Assembly: GCA_013239625.1 (NCBI GenBank)
Contig: MU053994.1
Span: 1,243,775 to 1,307,774 of the forward strand
DNA length: 64,000 nucleotides
Reading direction: 5' to 3'
Source: Lama guanicoe
Lineage: Eukaryota
Part shown: piece by piece, positions 62,165-64,000 of the stretch
Position numbering within the stretch: the first letter of the stretch is position 1
How the letters are laid out: each line of letters starts with the position of its first letter
Made by a program: the position numbers and the translations under genes
The notes under the pieces: model-generated
What the model was told of the DNA's origin: nothing
Databases searched by the model: none
Seen by the model: the letters and a program-made list of their open reading frames with translations, nothing else

Positions 62165-62290
62165 TCTACTACCGTGGAAGCTCCAGGAGGCAGGGATCTT
62201 TGCCTGGTTAGTTCAGTGCTCTACCTGCAGGATCTAGAAGAGAGCTCGGGAAAACACATAGACGCTCAACAGTTGTCATTCCACGGAGGT
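62165..62290 (+). mobile_element. L2 3' end
   Basis: GAAGCTCCAGGAGGCAGGGATCTTTGCCTGG...ACATAGACGCTCAAC. Confidence 0.7.
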
Positions 62291-62780
62291 AGGATGCATT
62301 CCCCAACACCACACGTCCCCACCTAGTGAGTCACCAGCCCCTTGCTTGTGATGTCCAAGGCATGTAGACCTCATGGCTGCCACCACAAGCCCTCCAGACT
62401 TTCTCATCCTAATCCTGGGAGGGCCCCCAGTTGGCGACTGTTGCCCTCAATCCACACGCCACACTGCTTCTTGGTGTAAGGAAAGTGCACCTTTGGCCCA
62501 TATTGTCACTTTGTTCTCCTTGCTCCCTGATTTCACTAACTTGGTGGTGTTGTTTTATGCCAGGAGGGGCAGCTCTCCCTTCCTGCCTTGGGGCTCAGCC
62601 CTTCCCAAGCAGACCGACCAGGACCATGATGGCTCCTCCTCATTAAGTCATGGGAGCTGCTGGGGCTTGTCTGATTAGAGTCTCCTTACATGTTGGTACA
62701 GAGAACTTTCTGCCTTTGCAGTTCTTTTGTTTCAAAAGAAAAAGCATAGCTAGGAAGCTGCAAGGTTGTAAAGTTGTTAA

Positions 62781-62781
<1 letters not shown>

Positions 62782-62817
<36 letters not shown>
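62782..62817. repeat. Perfect (CA)18 microsatellite
   Basis: Counted directly: 36 bp of uninterrupted CA. Confidence 0.97.
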
Positions 62818-62819
<2 letters not shown>

Positions 62820-63879
62820 CTCACACCAAGCCAGATTTGCTGATAACAGGAGAATGGGAAGGCTGAAGCTGAGGGAGCGTTTCAAGGTCACAGGCAAGGA
62901 GGGGCCTGCGGTGGTGGTGATGAAAAAGATGAATAGACAACAGTTGAATGCATTATTTAGTGTGTTCCACATCGCGAAGCCAAGAATGGTTCCTTCGCAC
63001 CAGAAGATTTGATGTATCAGGCTGGCTGTCTCCTCAGAGGACACCCCCCAGTCTCCTCTTGAGTTCATGGAGACATGGTTGTCTAGGTGACAACTGTCAG
63101 GCAAGAAGCTGCAAGCTGAAGAATAAAATCGCCTTAGCTAATAGACCGGCGTGCTATTATGTACCTGAAGGTTTAACTGCTATATTACCCTGAAAGAGTC
63201 ATTTGGAGGGGAGGAAGGAGCTCGCTTTTCCCTGGGCTACATCAGTGAATTCAATTTCTATTGAAGAGAGACTAGCATTTTAAAAACCACGGTGTGTGGA
63301 GCTTCAAGTCCTTTTCTTCTTTCGGTGAGAAATGATTTAATAATGAACTTACAACTGCAGGGCCTCCAGTCAGCCCCATGGAGCCTTCGAAGAGGGAAGA
63401 GGCGGTGTGGAGGGGCTGGTGGCTGGCAGGCTCCATCATGTTCTATCTCTTCTCAGGCCCAGGCTCTGTGACTGAGGTTATCCCAGAGCAACTCGGTTCA
63501 GATGTGGGTAGTCTGAGCAATAATTTTCTTCCCTCCTAAGATTGCTGGGTGCCTCTAATTAATGGTTGTGAATTCCTTAGATGGGGTTGTTATCAGATGA
63601 AAAGGGGCTAATTGTACCAGTCACAATAGTTAACCTCTTCCAGAGGGAAGAGTGTGTGCATGCATGTGCGTGCATGCCTTGGTTCTTTCTGCAAATGAGG
63701 CAGAAGAGCTTGAGAATCATCGAAATTCTTTGGCATCAAGACACCAGCAAATCAAAGACTATATTCACGAAGACTCTTTCACCAAGCAAAGAGTGGTCAC
63801 CATTTACTAGGCTCCTTCGCTGTGCCTGTCAGGGTACTAAGTGCTTTACCAGCTTGATCACGTAACCCTAAGCATTCTT

Positions 63880-63960
63880 GACTCTTATTATCCTCTGTCT
63901 ACAGACAGAGAAACCAAGGCTTAGTGTGTTTAGGAGACTTGTCCAAGGCCCCACCCATGC
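63880..63960 (-). mobile_element. MIR SINE fragment
   Basis: TACAGACAGAGAAACCAAGGCTTAG...GACTTGTCCAAGGCC. Confidence 0.7.
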
Positions 63961-64000
63961 CAGCAAAATGTGAGGGCTTTTTACTTTCAGAAGATCCCAC

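Noticed and set aside
62643..63104. Longest ORF (153 aa, minus) and the overlapping 120-aa plus ORF
   Set aside because: They read through the (CA)18 repeat, giving VCVCVC and HTHTHT, with no domain or splice context.
1..64000. ORFs in the supplied six-frame track (60-153 aa)
   Set aside because: None resembles a protein family I recognise. Many start at non-ATG codons, overlap on both strands or lie in TE fossils, as expected by chance in mammalian non-coding DNA.
1..64000. CRISPR arrays, tRNA/rRNA/snRNA genes, CpG-island promoter or a novel multi-gene system
   Set aside because: I saw no regularly spaced repeats, structured RNA gene signatures, CpG island or gene cluster; the content is typical mammalian repeat-rich non-coding DNA.

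Overview
Mammalian nuclear DNA that is CpG-depleted and non-coding, either intergenic or deep intronic. I found no protein-coding exon, RNA gene, CpG-island promoter, CRISPR array or prokaryotic-type system that I can support. The listed ORFs are short chance frames, many inside repeats. The window is dominated by ancient eutherian transposon fossils: more than 20 MIR SINEs, many L2 and old L1M fragments, CR1/L3 3' ends, ERVL and MaLR solo LTRs (LTR16/LTR33/MER21/MLT1-like) and hAT DNA transposons (MER5A, MER45-like, MER63-like). Only one clearly younger insertion is visible: a 5'-truncated L1 at 9624-10309 with a 13-bp target-site duplication (TSD), nested in an older L1. Its 3'UTR looks cetartiodactyl, most like camelid L1, and I saw no Alu, B1/B2, BovA/Bov-tA, CHR or PRE-1 SINEs. 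The best leads are several nested insertions with readable TSDs and a few repeat-free islands with clustered transcription-factor motifs (candidate enhancers). Family names come from my memory of consensus sequences, not a search, and boundaries are approximate unless a TSD or terminal repeat is quoted. I cannot support a claim of a new biological system here.
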